Origin: Guillardia theta CCMP2712
Lineage: Eukaryota > Protista > Cryptophyta
Reading direction: 5' to 3'
Length of the DNA: 64,000 bases
Assembly (NCBI RefSeq): GCF_000315625.1
Contig: NW_005434642.1
Location: forward strand, 387,399-451,398
A program made the translations under genes and the position numbers. Below, in pieces: positions 1 to 11,349 of this stretch. Positions within the stretch are counted from its first letter, which is position 1, and each line of letters starts with the position of its first letter. The notes beneath the pieces are model-generated. The model saw nothing but the letters and a program-made list of their open reading frames with translations. It ran no database searches and was not told the origin of the DNA.

Positions 1-590
1 TGAGATGACCGATCGGCCGCAGTGAGGCCCCCCCCCAGCGCGGCCGGGCCGCCAAGCCGCTTCGACAACTTGAAGGCAAAGCCGCTTCGGGACTGCCAAG
101 CCACCGCGTGACTCAGCCGCTGAGGGCCACTCAGTAACACTGGCAAACATTACGGGCCGTCAGACTGGGCCGGCCCGGCCCGGCGGGCAGGGCAGGCCGC
201 TTCAGGCTCACGGTACCCGCTCGCCGTTTTTTTTAGAAGTTCGAACCCGTCGGCCTCTCTCCGCCGCCCGGCCGCGGGGACAGGCACCGGGCGGCGCCGG
301 TGACGGTACTACCGGGTCCCCGCGGCCCGTGACCGTACGGACTCGGATCAGTCGGACCGGGCCGCGGGCCCGCGGCCGCCCGGCCCGAGTCCATACTAGT
401 AGCGGCGCCCGCTACTCGGAGGTACACGGGCTGCCGGGCGTTCCGACGACAGCGGCCGCTGGGCCCGGGCAGACCGAGTCACTGAGCCTCCCATTGCCAA
501 GTTGCCACAGCCACGGTCGGAGTGGGCCGGCCGGGCCCCGGACCCGGCCAAGCCTAGTTCAACGGTTACCCGGGAGTCACTGATGAGTTT
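1..590. other. CpG-rich palindromic word island
   Basis: Dense CCGG/GGCC/CGGCCG/GAGTCA/GTGAC/CGGTAC words; no codon structure. Confidence 0.6.
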
Positions 591-959
591 ATGAAAGTTT
601 GAATGAGACTATAAAAGTTTTTATGGGCGCTTGGCCCCTGCGCCACCAGCCGAAAAAGAGTGTTTTCGAACATGCTTCCACTTCCTCTCCATAGCGGGGC
701 TCGTTCAGTACTAGGACTCAGCTAGGACCAGAAACCGGTAAGAGATCCGACCGCTCCTACCCTCCGGCTCAAAGTTTGACTGATTTCTTTGTCAATGGAG
801 TCTTGAGATAACTAAAGTCAGTCCGGTACTGATTACTTTAAGTAAAACAATTGTCCTATGATCAAAATTTTGACTGATAGTTTCTGGTAGGAAAGTTTAC
901 TTAGGCATCTGTCAGACACTTTATCTTGATTCGGTTTGTACAAAGGAGTTATAAAAAGG

Positions 960-3070
960 GGCTTTGCCTGCGTCTACCCCTTATCTTCCTACGATATACC
1001 CACCCCTCTGTGTCTGCCGTGATGACCCCACCCGTTCTTTACGACTACCGCAACTAGCCACTATATCAGGAGACCACCCCACCTGCTTGTCTTCCAACTA
1101 CCCCCCATGGTATCACCCATCAAACATCCTGTTACCCCCCACCCTCCACTCCAGTCCCTGAAATGAGCCGGGGGGGCGCATCCGTCTACACACTCGACAA
1201 TACACCGGTCCTTTGTAGCCTGAAACTACCCCAGAATCAGTGCACAACAGTCTGGTACTATACGGTTCCTGAAAGAGACCCACCCCGTTGTCTCCTATGC
1301 TGACCTACCCTCTGTCACCAGTACTTCAACCCACCCCACCCTCAGACATTTCAGCATCTCCCAAATCTCCTTTGCTCTTTATATCTAAACTCCTGAACCG
1401 GTGTCCGCAAAATCAAACTACCCCACCCTTAGATCAAACTCCTCACTACCCCCTCGTGATTCATTCGCACCCCCTTTTTACTTCATTTTTCTGTGTAGTC
1501 TTCTACATTAGCATTATTCTAAATGCGAACATATGAAATTCAAGGTATGTACAGACCCTAGCGCCAGTGCCCCATCTTGTTCCTCTAGGGATCGAGACGA
1601 TCACGGGTAGTAGCGATGTAGTTGGTGAATCTTCATGGGTGGGTTGAAAATTTGTGGGGGTAGGTTTATTCGGTGGGGTACACTTTTTCAGGGGTGTGAG
1701 TCGGGTACTTTTAGTAAAGATGAGGGTAGGGTCTCTTCTAATGGTGGTGGGTACCTGAAAACTCGACAAGGGGTGGTACATCAAAGGTGTGGTGGGTTGC
1801 AGGGACGATGGACCCCTGCAGCAGGGGTAAGAGATTTGTGACTACCCACCCAGGAAGTGCATGATCGCCCCCTTTCAGTCACCCACCCCCACTAGGTCAA
1901 TTACCCCACCCACAAAAAACAATTTCATAATCTATTTTATTGGTCAACCCCCTCTAAGAGGAGGGGCTGTCGGGTGCGTACCATTATTATCAATCCGTCT
2001 GCTGGTGGGAGTTGCAAATGGGGGTAGGGTATGAGTTTTGTGTGGGTCTTTTGGTACACCGGTGCCTTCAGCCAGGGTGCATTGAACTTTATTTAGATCA
2101 AGACCCCGTAATTTATCAGTAACATGGTGGGAAGGACTCCGGTGGGTACTGACCCTTTGCAACACTGTGAAGGTCTCCTTGAAAAGGGGGGGTCATAAGG
2201 AAAAGCTGCATCCCTGGGTAGTTAAACATTGGGGCTCTTGGTGTCGGGGTAGGGTCACGGAGCAAATACACGGGTATATTTGACCAATTCATTTGGGGTA
2301 GGGGTGTATTTGACGACAGTGCATGTGGGTAGAGTAAAAACAGAGATCAAGGTAGTGGGTGGTGTCTATGTGGGGTGATCCGAGCAAGGGTGGGGTGTAA
2401 TGTCAGATGGTAGGGTCATAGAATCAAAAGAGTTCTGTGAGTAAATTTGTGGGTGGGGGTAGAGTTTGTGGGGGTAGCTCCCAATGGAGACGAGAATGGG
2501 TGGGTAGGGAAAAGCAAACAATCTTGAGTGACAGTTCGCAGAGCCATACGAGCACTGAAACAGAGGGGTAGTAATGTTCATTAGTAAATAGTGGGTGGGG
2601 TACGCAGAATTTCAGGGAAGGTGGGTACAATTACGAATTGAATTCGAGTATGGTGGGCCTCAAAGATTCGAGGGTGGAGGGGGTGGTACCTTCTGGCTTC
2701 ATGAGGGGTGTTTTCTCAAGGACATACATGGTGGGTGGTTTTTTAGCTGAGGGTACGGGTGGGTATTTCATGGGAAAAACTGGGGTAGGGTAGCTTGTCT
2801 TTGAACCTCGGCCTCCACGCGCGGCCGCTGCTTCCTTCAGGCAGCCACCCTACCCCTACCCCCTTTTTGAATAACCCACCAGTGAAAGCAAGGATATAAC
2901 AGGCTAGAAAACAAGGGGTAGTAGAATATGTTTCATCTCACCCTACCCGAGAAACCCCCCCAAAGCCCTCCTTCGATATACCCCCCACCCCTCCTGTTTT
3001 AACCGGAGGGGTCACCACTACCCCTACATTTGCCCTCAGATAGACACCACCCCTTGTATCCCTGCCTATA
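960..3070. promoter_or_regulatory. TACCC/CCACCC (GGGTA/GGGTGG) word-rich non-coding block upstream of the NMO gene
   Basis: Dense dispersed CTACCC, GTACCC and CCACCC words and their complements; no credible coding exons. Confidence 0.55.
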
Positions 3071-3296
3071 CCCCTGCTTGCTCTCTCCTCCCGCCCCCGT
3101 TCCTCCCTCTCGCACGTCCCGCCTCCTCCACAGTACCTGTCTCGTCTCAGCTTCTCCTTCCTGCCTCGCTGTCCTTCCCGGTAGCGTCCTCCTACCCAGC
3201 TCTCTGACCACGGCAACTGCCCTCACTGTGGGCTGAGGCCTCTTTGGTTCTGTTGAGCTCGCCACCGTCAGCGACTCCTTAGCACTTTCATCGGAA

Positions 3297-5599
3297 ATGC
3301 GGCAGCTAGTTCTCGCCCTTGCCATCATGGTAGGAGCACAGGCTTTCAACCTGGCTCCTTCCCTGCTCTCCTCCTCGAGAGTAACTCGCAGCTCTCTTTC
3401 GCAACATCGCTTCGCCGCACCCCGCAATGCCAGGGGCCGGGTTTCGACGATCAGCATGGCGACCAAGATCCCAAAGATCATTCAGGGAGGAATGGGCGTG
3501 CAGGTGATACTGACAATGAGCGCTCTGAGCCGTTTTCTGACATGTGTCTGCTCAGGTGTCTTCTTGGGAGCTTGCCCGTGAGGTCGCAAGAGCCGGCGAG
3601 TTGGGAGTCATTTCCGGAACTGCCATGGACATGGTTCTTCTTCGCTGGATGCAGGACGGAGACCCCGGCGGCTTGTACAGGAGAGCGCTCTCGCACTTTC
3701 CTGATCAGGGAATGGTCAAGCGCTTCATGGACAAGGTGACAAGCTTCCGCTGCCTTGTGTGTGGACCTGACGGTTGCCTAGTACTACGTGGAAGGAGGAA
3801 AGGACAAGAACAAGCCATACAAGCCTCTCCAGATGTGGCAGCTCAACCCCGGACAAGAGCTTCAAGAAGCATGCGTGCTCGGAAACTTTGCCGAGGTCAG
3901 GATAAATATAGGAGGTTGCTTGGCTGACTCCATATCAGGTTTGGTTGGCCAAGCACGGCGATGACAACTCGCTTGTTGACGGTGTGGTTGGCATCAACTG
4001 CTTGACGAAGATCCAGGTAGGACGATGTTGCACTGATTGTTTTCACATGTACTTATCATCATCTCAGTTGCCGACCATCGAGTCCCTGTATGGTGCCATG
4101 CTCGCCGACGTTGACTATGTGCTCATGGGTGCCGGCATTCCCATGGTATGTTTGGTATTCTTCCTGCCTGTCTATAAGTAACGCTCCTCCTCGACAGGAA
4201 GTCCCGGGAATTCTCGACAGACTGGCTGCGAACGAGGACGCGAAGCTTTCTATCGACATCGATGGCGGAGACCCAATCAAGCACGTCTTCTCTCCCAAGG
4301 CGTTCTGGTATGTTGAGCATGCAATCGCTCTGGCATGTGTAACGAGGCGGTGCAGGGCTGCTTCTGGACACCCCGAGCTTGCCGAGAAGAAGCTCAAGAG
4401 GCCCAACTTCCTCCCCATCGTCTCCTCCGTCACTCTCGCCCAGGCCATGTTGAAGCGGGCAACCGGCGCAGGACCCACTAAGGGTATCCAGGGCTTCATC
4501 ATCGAGCTTCCCAGTGCTGGTGGTCACAACGCTCCTCCCCGTGGCTTCCGATACGATGCCGTCCAGAAGTCGCACAAGCTCTCCCTCAACGAGCGCGGAG
4601 AGCCTGTCTACGGCCCCAAGGACGATATCGACCTGCCCAAGTTCAAGCAGGCGGTCGGTGACCTTCCCTTCTGGCTCGCTGGCTACTATGCCAGGCCCGA
4701 GAAGCTCAATGATGTCCTCGCCCTCGGAGGTGCTGGCATCCAGGTTGGAACTAGCTTCGCCTTCACCAAGGAGAGTGGCCTTGCCCCCGAGCCCAAGCAG
4801 GTCGTCTTGCAGCGAGTCAGCCAGGGAGACCTCCGCGTGTTCACCGACCCCGTCGCTTCCCCCACCGGCTTCCCCTTCAAGGTTTTGGAGCTCGAGGGCT
4901 CGCTCTCCGACAAGGACAAGTACCTCGCCCGTCCTCGCGTCTGCAACTTGGGATACCTCCGCACCCCCTACATGGTGGGCCTCCTCCTCCTTCCATCCCT
5001 CCACCCTTTCTCTCTTTCTTTTTCCGTCCTCCTCTCTTCTCTCCTGATCTCCTGATCCCCTTCTCTGCTGCTGCTGACAGTTGGAGCAGAGAGATGACGG
5101 CAAGGTGGGATACCGATGCGCGTCGGAGCCTGTGGACGAGTGGGTGAAGAAGGGAGGAGATCTCGCTGCGACCGAGGGGAGGAAATGCCTCTGCAACAGT
5201 CTTATGGCCAACGCTGGGCTGCCGCAGGTCAGCCCCTTCAAGAAGGAAGGAGAGAGCGAGAGGTACATTGAGGAGATTCTCATCACTGCCGGGGACGACA
5301 TCAACCAGATCCGCCGCTACATGAAGCAGAACAAGGACGGGGAGTACGAGTACAGTGCAAAGGATGTCATTGATTACCTTTTGGGAAGATTCAAGGAGGA
5401 GGTAAGAAGGAGGAGGAAAGTTGACGATGAAATTGGTGCTGACTTTGTCTTGCAGTACAACGACGAGCTCAAGTTGTACCAGGATGCGCACATGGCGGAG
5501 GATGGCAACGTGAGGGACGAATTGATGTCAAAGAAGAAGGATTTGCAGAATAAGATTGCGGATGTTGATGAGCAAAGAGCCGGTCTGGCGGGCAAGTAG
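3297..5599 (+). CDS. Plastid-targeted nitronate monooxygenase (NMO/2-NPD/FabK/FabX superfamily) FMN flavoprotein, multi-exon
   Basis: Spliced translation gives a signal peptide ending AQA-F and a Ser/Arg-rich transit peptide. It then shows [54 protein letters not shown] and [10 protein letters not shown], motifs typical of the bacterial NMO-like family. Short GT-AG introns separate the ORF pieces. Confidence 0.88.
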
Positions 5600-5939
5600 A
5601 GGTGAAATGAGTTCTGATCACGTATCATGTATTTTTCGCAAACAATTCGCAACTGGTGGACACTTCTAGCAGGAATATATTCGAGACCATCCATTAAACC
5701 AACAAATGTATTCCATACTTCCTCCTCTTGTGCAGCCACCTCCCATCCTGTGCTCCATTTCTCTCTTGCTCCGTCCTCTGTCCCCTTCTCCGTCCTCCAT
5801 TCCTCCTTCTCCAGCCCCACTCGTTGCCAACCTTCCTTCTTCAGTTGGCACTTTCACTTCGCACCCTCCTCTTTGCTTTCTCCTCTTCTCCCTCGCTCCC
5901 TTCAGTGCGCGTCTGCCGTCCTGCTCGTGATCGTCGACG

Positions 5940-8248
5940 TCACCTGCGCGAGTTTGTCATCCTCCACCTCAACAACCTCCTCGACTCGACCTCGTCCAGC
6001 ATCGGCGACATTATCCTACTGTGCTCCGTCAGCGTCGCCTCCACGCCTTCCCGCAGCCTTCGTTGCTCCTCGTAGAGCTGCTGGCAAGTCAAGGGGGAGC
6101 AAGGGCGGGAGCGGAGCTCTTCACCTCCGACGAGACGGCATGAGAGAACGTGAGGACGCGCAGAGTCTCGACGAGCGTCCGCAGACCATGCGCGATGACG
6201 GGGAGGAGGAGGGAGACCTTGTGGATCCTCAAGTGCTTGAAGCTCAGGTCGAGCACCTCCAGCGAGCTGGTCGCCTTGCTGGACCTGTAGACCTTGGCTT
6301 CCTCCGCGCTCATCTTGATCCCTTCCTCCTCCTCAACGATGATGACGAGCTCTCGCTCCATCTTCTCCACCTCCTGCAGGAAGGCGTCGGTCAGTGCCCT
6401 CCTCCCCTGTCCGTTGTCCTCCTCCTCCAGTGTGCTGGAGCATCGCACGATCGCCTGGGTCAGAGCATGCGATCGCAGCTGCACGTAGCGGCGGAGGAGA
6501 GCATCAAGGCACTTGCTCAGCGTACGCCTGATGGAGGCGAGAGAGTTGGAGAGGACCTGAGCCTCGTGCCCGTGGCCCCCTGCTCCCCGGAGGTCGAGGT
6601 GTGAGGAGAGGGCAGGAAAGCCGTCCTCCAGTATCCGCCGCCAGAAGCAGGCGAGCCGCAGGCTGAGCTCGGAGGAGGAGGAGGCGTGCGGGTCACCCTC
6701 GAGGAAGGAGCTGACGCAGATGGTGTCGAAAAGCCTCACCAGCTCCTCGTACGTCTCGTCGAAGATCAGCGGGCGGAGCTTCAGCATGACCTGCGTGTCG
6801 CTGGCCATGAACGCTCGGACCTTGTCCATGGCGCTGTCGCTCTGCTCAAGGAAGGAGGAGGAGGAAGAGGAGATCACATCCTTCACACTCTTGGACGAGA
6901 CCTCAACCTCCCTGCGCGAGTCACTCACGCTCCTGGCGATGGCTCGCACCTGCTGCTGCACGAAGGAAGCAAGGTGCTCGAGGGTCAGCTGGACTCTCTT
7001 CTTCACGCAAATGTGCACCACTCGCTCTGCCTGTGGGAGCACGTTCCCCTCCGGCAGCACAGCCTCTACCCCTCTGACCGCGTCGTACCAGAGCTCGAGT
7101 TGGGAGAGGACGGCAGCAGCGTCCTCCGCAAGGTCCGGGTTTGCAACAGCAGCCTCCACAGCTGCGAAGTAAGACTGCAAGACCTGATGGCAGAGCTCTA
7201 GCAGATCCCTATTCATCTCCTCCTGTTCTTGCTCCTCGATCGTCCTCCCTTCCTCGCTAGCTCCATCCGCTGCCTCCTTGTCTCCTGGCTCCTGCTTCCC
7301 ATCCTCCCTCTCCTTCTTGTCCTCCTTCCCTGCTGCCGGGGAGTGCAGATCCTGCTCGCCGTCGCGGGGAGCCAGGAAGAGCATCTGGTAGCTCAGCAGC
7401 ATGTCCTTGACAAGATCGAGGAAGGTTCTCGACAGAACTCCCTTGAGCTCTCCTACCTGCACTTTCTCCCCGGCATGCCGCACGTTATGCTTCAGCCGCA
7501 CCCTCATTACCTCCAAGAAGTCGCTCTGGACGCTCCTCTTCGTCTCCCCCAGCTGGAGCAGCAGCAGAGCGCACTCCTGCAGCTCTGGCACGAGGGCCTC
7601 GTTGGACGACAACCTGGATCGCAGGCGCTCTTGCAGCAGAACGAGGATCTCGGTCGACTCTGCTTCCACTGCCTTGAAGGAGGGCACATGCCCGTACGCC
7701 CTCAGCACGGGGAGGGCGGTCCTCCAGTACTTGACCGCCTCTGCTCCTGCATCGAGCTCCACCGCCCTCTTGAGCCTCGTGGGGAGCTCGAAGATGAAGG
7801 AGAGCTTCTTGAGGAGGCGGCGGATGCCGTTGAGCCTCTGGATCCTCACCCGCCTCTCCGCGAGGTTTGAGTTGATCTTGAAGGAGGACTCCGTGATTTC
7901 CGACACCTTGGACGCCAGCCTCTCCATTTCCCCGTCCATCCCGTCCACCTTCTCCTTCATGGCGCGAATCGTCTCGGTAGCGCTGATGAACTTGTTGTAG
8001 TTCTCGTACACAAGCATCTGCATGTCACTGTCGAGCTCCTTGATCTCGGAGGACAGCTCGTTGCTCCTCCCCACGAGGTCAGGCAGGGGCTTGCTCTTGA
8101 GCAACGAGGACACGTAGGCGTCTGCATCGAAGTTGCTCGAGTCGATGTCGCTAGCACTCGCGTCATGCCGCACTGGGAGGTCGTAGAAGCCGCTGAAGCG
8201 CTGCCTCACGCGCAGAGCCGCAGCTGACGACTTATGATGGCTCTCCAT
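5940..8248 (-). CDS. VPS51: Vps51/Ang2 subunit of the GARP/EARP tethering complex
   Basis: N-terminal motif DIDSSNFDADAYV...LDSDMQMLVYENYNKFISATETIR and FIFELPTRL are characteristic of Vps51. ATG is at 8248, and a short last exon follows an intron near 6080-6125 (3' end approximate). Confidence 0.9.
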
Positions 8249-8285
8249 GGCGCGAGTATCACGAGGAGGAGGAGCAAGGACTAGG

Positions 8286-8327
<42 letters not shown>

Positions 8328-8484
8328 CCTCTCACTCTCTCCCCTGGTTCCCAGCGAGTTTCTCCTGTTTTTCCTATTTGCCCTCCTCCCCACTTTTCCC
8401 ATCTGCTGCGAACCGCCTGCCACTGCCTGCGCCATGCCCCTCCCCCCCTCCCCGCCTTCCCCTCCCTCGTGTGTTGGACAGAAG

Positions 8485-9486
8485 ATGGCAGGAGGATTGT
8501 CGAGCTTCAGAGGAGGAGGATCAGGAGGAGGAGGAGGAGGAGGAGGAGGAAGAGGAACAGGAGGAACAGGAGGGACAGGAGGAGGAGGGCGAAGATCAGT
8601 AACTTACAGTCTCGTCCTCCTCCTTCTGTCGCTGGCAGCACTTGCCTCTGTGGATATCGCTCAGGCAGCCATGAGGCACGAGGAGAGCGACTCTCCGCTC
8701 GATCGCCTGAGCGAGCTCCTGCAGGAGGCCAGGGAAGACATCCACCAGCACATGGCGGACGAGACGCCGCAAGGGGAGGAGGAAGGAGAGGAGGGGAGGA
8801 GGAGGTATGAGCGCGTGAGTTTCAACAGGTTCGATCAGAACGCTGACGGGTTCTTCAACTTCCAAGAGTACCAGAAGGCCATGATCGAGGATCTAGAGGC
8901 CAGCGGGACAGGAGGGAGCTTGAAGGAGGCCAGCGGGACAGGAGGGAGCTTGAAGGAGGCCAGCGGGACAGGAGGGAGCTTGAAGGAGGCCAGCGGGAAG
9001 TCTGCCATGGACCTGGTGGCCAAGCGCTACTTGGAGGAGCTGGCGCAACAGTTCGACCGGGAAGACGAGGACAAGGACGGCAGGATCTCCTTCGAGGAGT
9101 GGTGGAGTGCAGTCAGGAGCAGCAGGGAGGGAGAAGAAACCGAGGAGTCTCCTCCTCTTGCCCAGGGTTACGACCAGGAGGAAGAGCTCAAGTTCATCTT
9201 CCACATGATGGACGAGAATGCAGACGGGCAGCTGTCACATCCCGAGCTCGCCAAGGGGCTAGACTTGGGGGTTGGGAGGAGTGGAAGCAGCACCGAGGAG
9301 GTGATAGCGAGGATGGATGCAAACAAAGATGGGTTTGTTAACATCACTGAGTACCTCGATTCCTACGGCAGCCAATCCTCGCAGGCAGTATACGAGTTCC
9401 TGCTCAGATCCTTTCAAGCGCTGGACGAGGACTACATGATGCAAAATTTTGAACAGAGTCGACAGGAAGGGAACAAGACGGGATAG
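8485..9486 (+). CDS. Secretory-pathway multi-EF-hand calcium-binding protein (CREC/calumenin-like)
   Basis: Hydrophobic signal/anchor LVLLLLSLAALA, then four EF-hand loops: DQNADGFFNFQE, DEDKDGRISFEE, DENADGQLSHPE and DANKDGFVNITE. Confidence 0.8.
   Translation: MAGGLSSFRGGGSGGGGGGGGGRGTGGTGGTGGGGRRSVTYSLVLLLLSLAALASVDIAQAAMRHEESDSPLDRLSELLQEAREDIHQHMADETPQGEEEGEEGRRRYERVSFNRFDQNADGFFNFQEYQKAMIEDLEASGTGGSLKEASGTGGSLKEASGTGGSLKEASGKSAMDLVAKRYLEELAQQFDREDEDKDGRISFEEWWSAVRSSREGEETEESPPLAQGYDQEEELKFIFHMMDENADGQLSHPELAKGLDLGVGRSGSSTEEVIARMDANKDGFVNITEYLDSYGSQSSQAVYEFLLRSFQALDEDYMMQNFEQSRQEGNKTG
8896..8999 (+). repeat. In-frame 30-bp tandem repeat (about 3.5 copies) encoding EASGTGGSLK
   Basis: GAGGCCAGCGGGACAGGAGGGAGCTTGAAG repeated directly. 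Confidence 0.95.
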
Positions 9487-9679
9487 ATAGCATCGTGGGA
9501 TCGATGCCATGGACGAGGCTCCAGCCCATCATGCCAGGATCCTGGTTGACAACGACAGCAGCATGTAGTTCATGACATCTCCTGTCTGCTCAGATGAGCT
9601 ATCAGCCATGTTAGCAGACATGTGTTTGTATGCTACCATCATGATGAAGCTGGTGAACAGACTTAAAGCTGCGCCTGCA

Positions 9680-10900
9680 CTATCATGTCAGGCTGGGCAG
9701 CAAGGAGGACGAGGGTCACTGGAGGAGAGCTGAAAGACCGCGATGCTCCTCGGATACCTCGACCTGAGCTCGGCAAAGGTGGCGACGACCAGGACCTGAA
9801 GCATGCTTCAGTCACATGCGAGCACGTGGAGAAGCATGGAGCAAGCAGGGGGAACGACGAGGACGAGAGCGAGAGATGAAGGGCAGGAGGTGGTTCAACA
9901 TCCAAGGAGACATCACCCCGAAGACAATCCTCAGCGTGACCTCGAAGACTTGAGCATGGAAATCATTTCAGCATCTCATCCGCACCCTCGGCCTGATCAG
10001 CATACCGATAGAACGAGGTCGAAGGTCCTGGGTCCCGTCGGAACTCGCCTATACAGCATATCAGCACGCCGGTTGTCCGTTAGTGCAGCTGACCCCTCTG
10101 AAGAGCCCGATGGACGAGACGGATATGGCAAACCAACTCTCTGCGTGCTCAAGTCAAGCTCGCAGGTCAGCAAGGGACTCGTGACCGAGCAGCGATATGC
10201 AGCCAGCCATCAACGCCTGCGTCCGATTGCTCACTTTCTGCACAAGACGGTTCAGCTCTGGGCTGCTGGGCGTTTTGAATCTGTTTACATAGGCGGTGAT
10301 AAAAGATGTAAACGTAGGAAACAGCACTCGCGGCAGTCGGAGGAAGCTTGACTGTTTCCCAGCGTGTCATTTCCAAGAGGGTAGAAAGAAGTTCCTTGTA
10401 CAATTACTGCGATGACCGAGAAGATGAGGTAGTCTTGGAGCTGAACACCTCCATGTTCCTGGTCTCCATCAGTGCACAGAAATCGATCATCACGACTCAC
10501 CCTCCTAACCACGTCACGAGGCCTCTGCATGATATCCTAGTAGAACACCAGTGCGTGCAGATGTGCGACACGGACAGCGCAACGTTGCCTTGCTATGTTG
10601 ATGCTTTGATTGTACTCACGTTTTCTAGTTGTACTTCTCCTTTTTCACAGCCAGCTGCCCTGCTACTTGCTGCGGCTGCGTTATTATTGCTAGCTTGCCT
10701 TGCCTTCTTCTATCCTTGAATCAACATGAGAGAGGCAAATCTTCCTTTCTCATCCATAGTCTCCTCCTCCCTCAACCACGTCCTCTTCCTCTCTCCTTCT
10801 CTTCCTCTCTCCTTCTCTTCCTCTCTCCTTCTCTTCCGCTCATGCCTGGCCTCCTCGTCGGCACCTCGTCGGCTGTGCCCATACGTCAACAAGCGGATCT
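9680..10900 (-). CDS. Hypothetical multi-exon protein
   Basis: Minus-strand GT...CTGAC...AG intron signatures and short open exons; no recognisable domain. Confidence 0.35.
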
Positions 10901-11349
10901 TGCATTATTATTAGTTGGATGCACTCCTTCTCTATCTCTGCCGGGCCCGAGGCCACATACACTTTCTGCCAGTGATGCCGGCCCCGCTGAGGCCCTTGGG
11001 CCCGGCCGGGCCTAGCTTGACAAGTCGCCGGCTCAGTGCGAGTCACTACCTCAGCCGCCTGTAAAGGGAGGAGTCTCTGAGGCGGGTCTGGGTTTGTGCA
11101 GTTAATTTCGTCAGCTCACCGCAGCAGTTGCTTTACTCAAAGTTAAGTTAAAAGTCAGTACGAGGCAGAGGGCTTGACCCCGACACTATGTCGCCTATGG
11201 GTGACTCCTAAAAATAAAATTTCACGACAGTTTTAAATATTACTAATCTAATATTCAATTTACAGAACAACATTTGTGTAAATTTGGAATAAAGTTGACA
11301 AAGGCAACTCCGAAGCACCGCCATCGAAAATTTCCCCGAAGTCGCGGTA

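Noticed and set aside
625-655. tRNA A-box-like GGTGGCGCAGGGGCCAAGCGC on the minus strand
   Set aside because: No downstream anticodon arm, T-arm/B-box or acceptor pairing.
960-3070. ORFs and telomere-like reading of the TACCC/GGGTA blocks
   Set aside because: The ORFs are short, Pro/Thr- or Gly/Val-biased by-products of composition. The words are dispersed rather than tandem telomeric repeats.
4123-8000. Long antisense or alternate-frame ORFs overlapping NMO and VPS51 (similar cases over the LRR, ABCC and coiled-coil genes)
   Set aside because: Shadow ORFs caused by high GC3 codon bias of the real genes.
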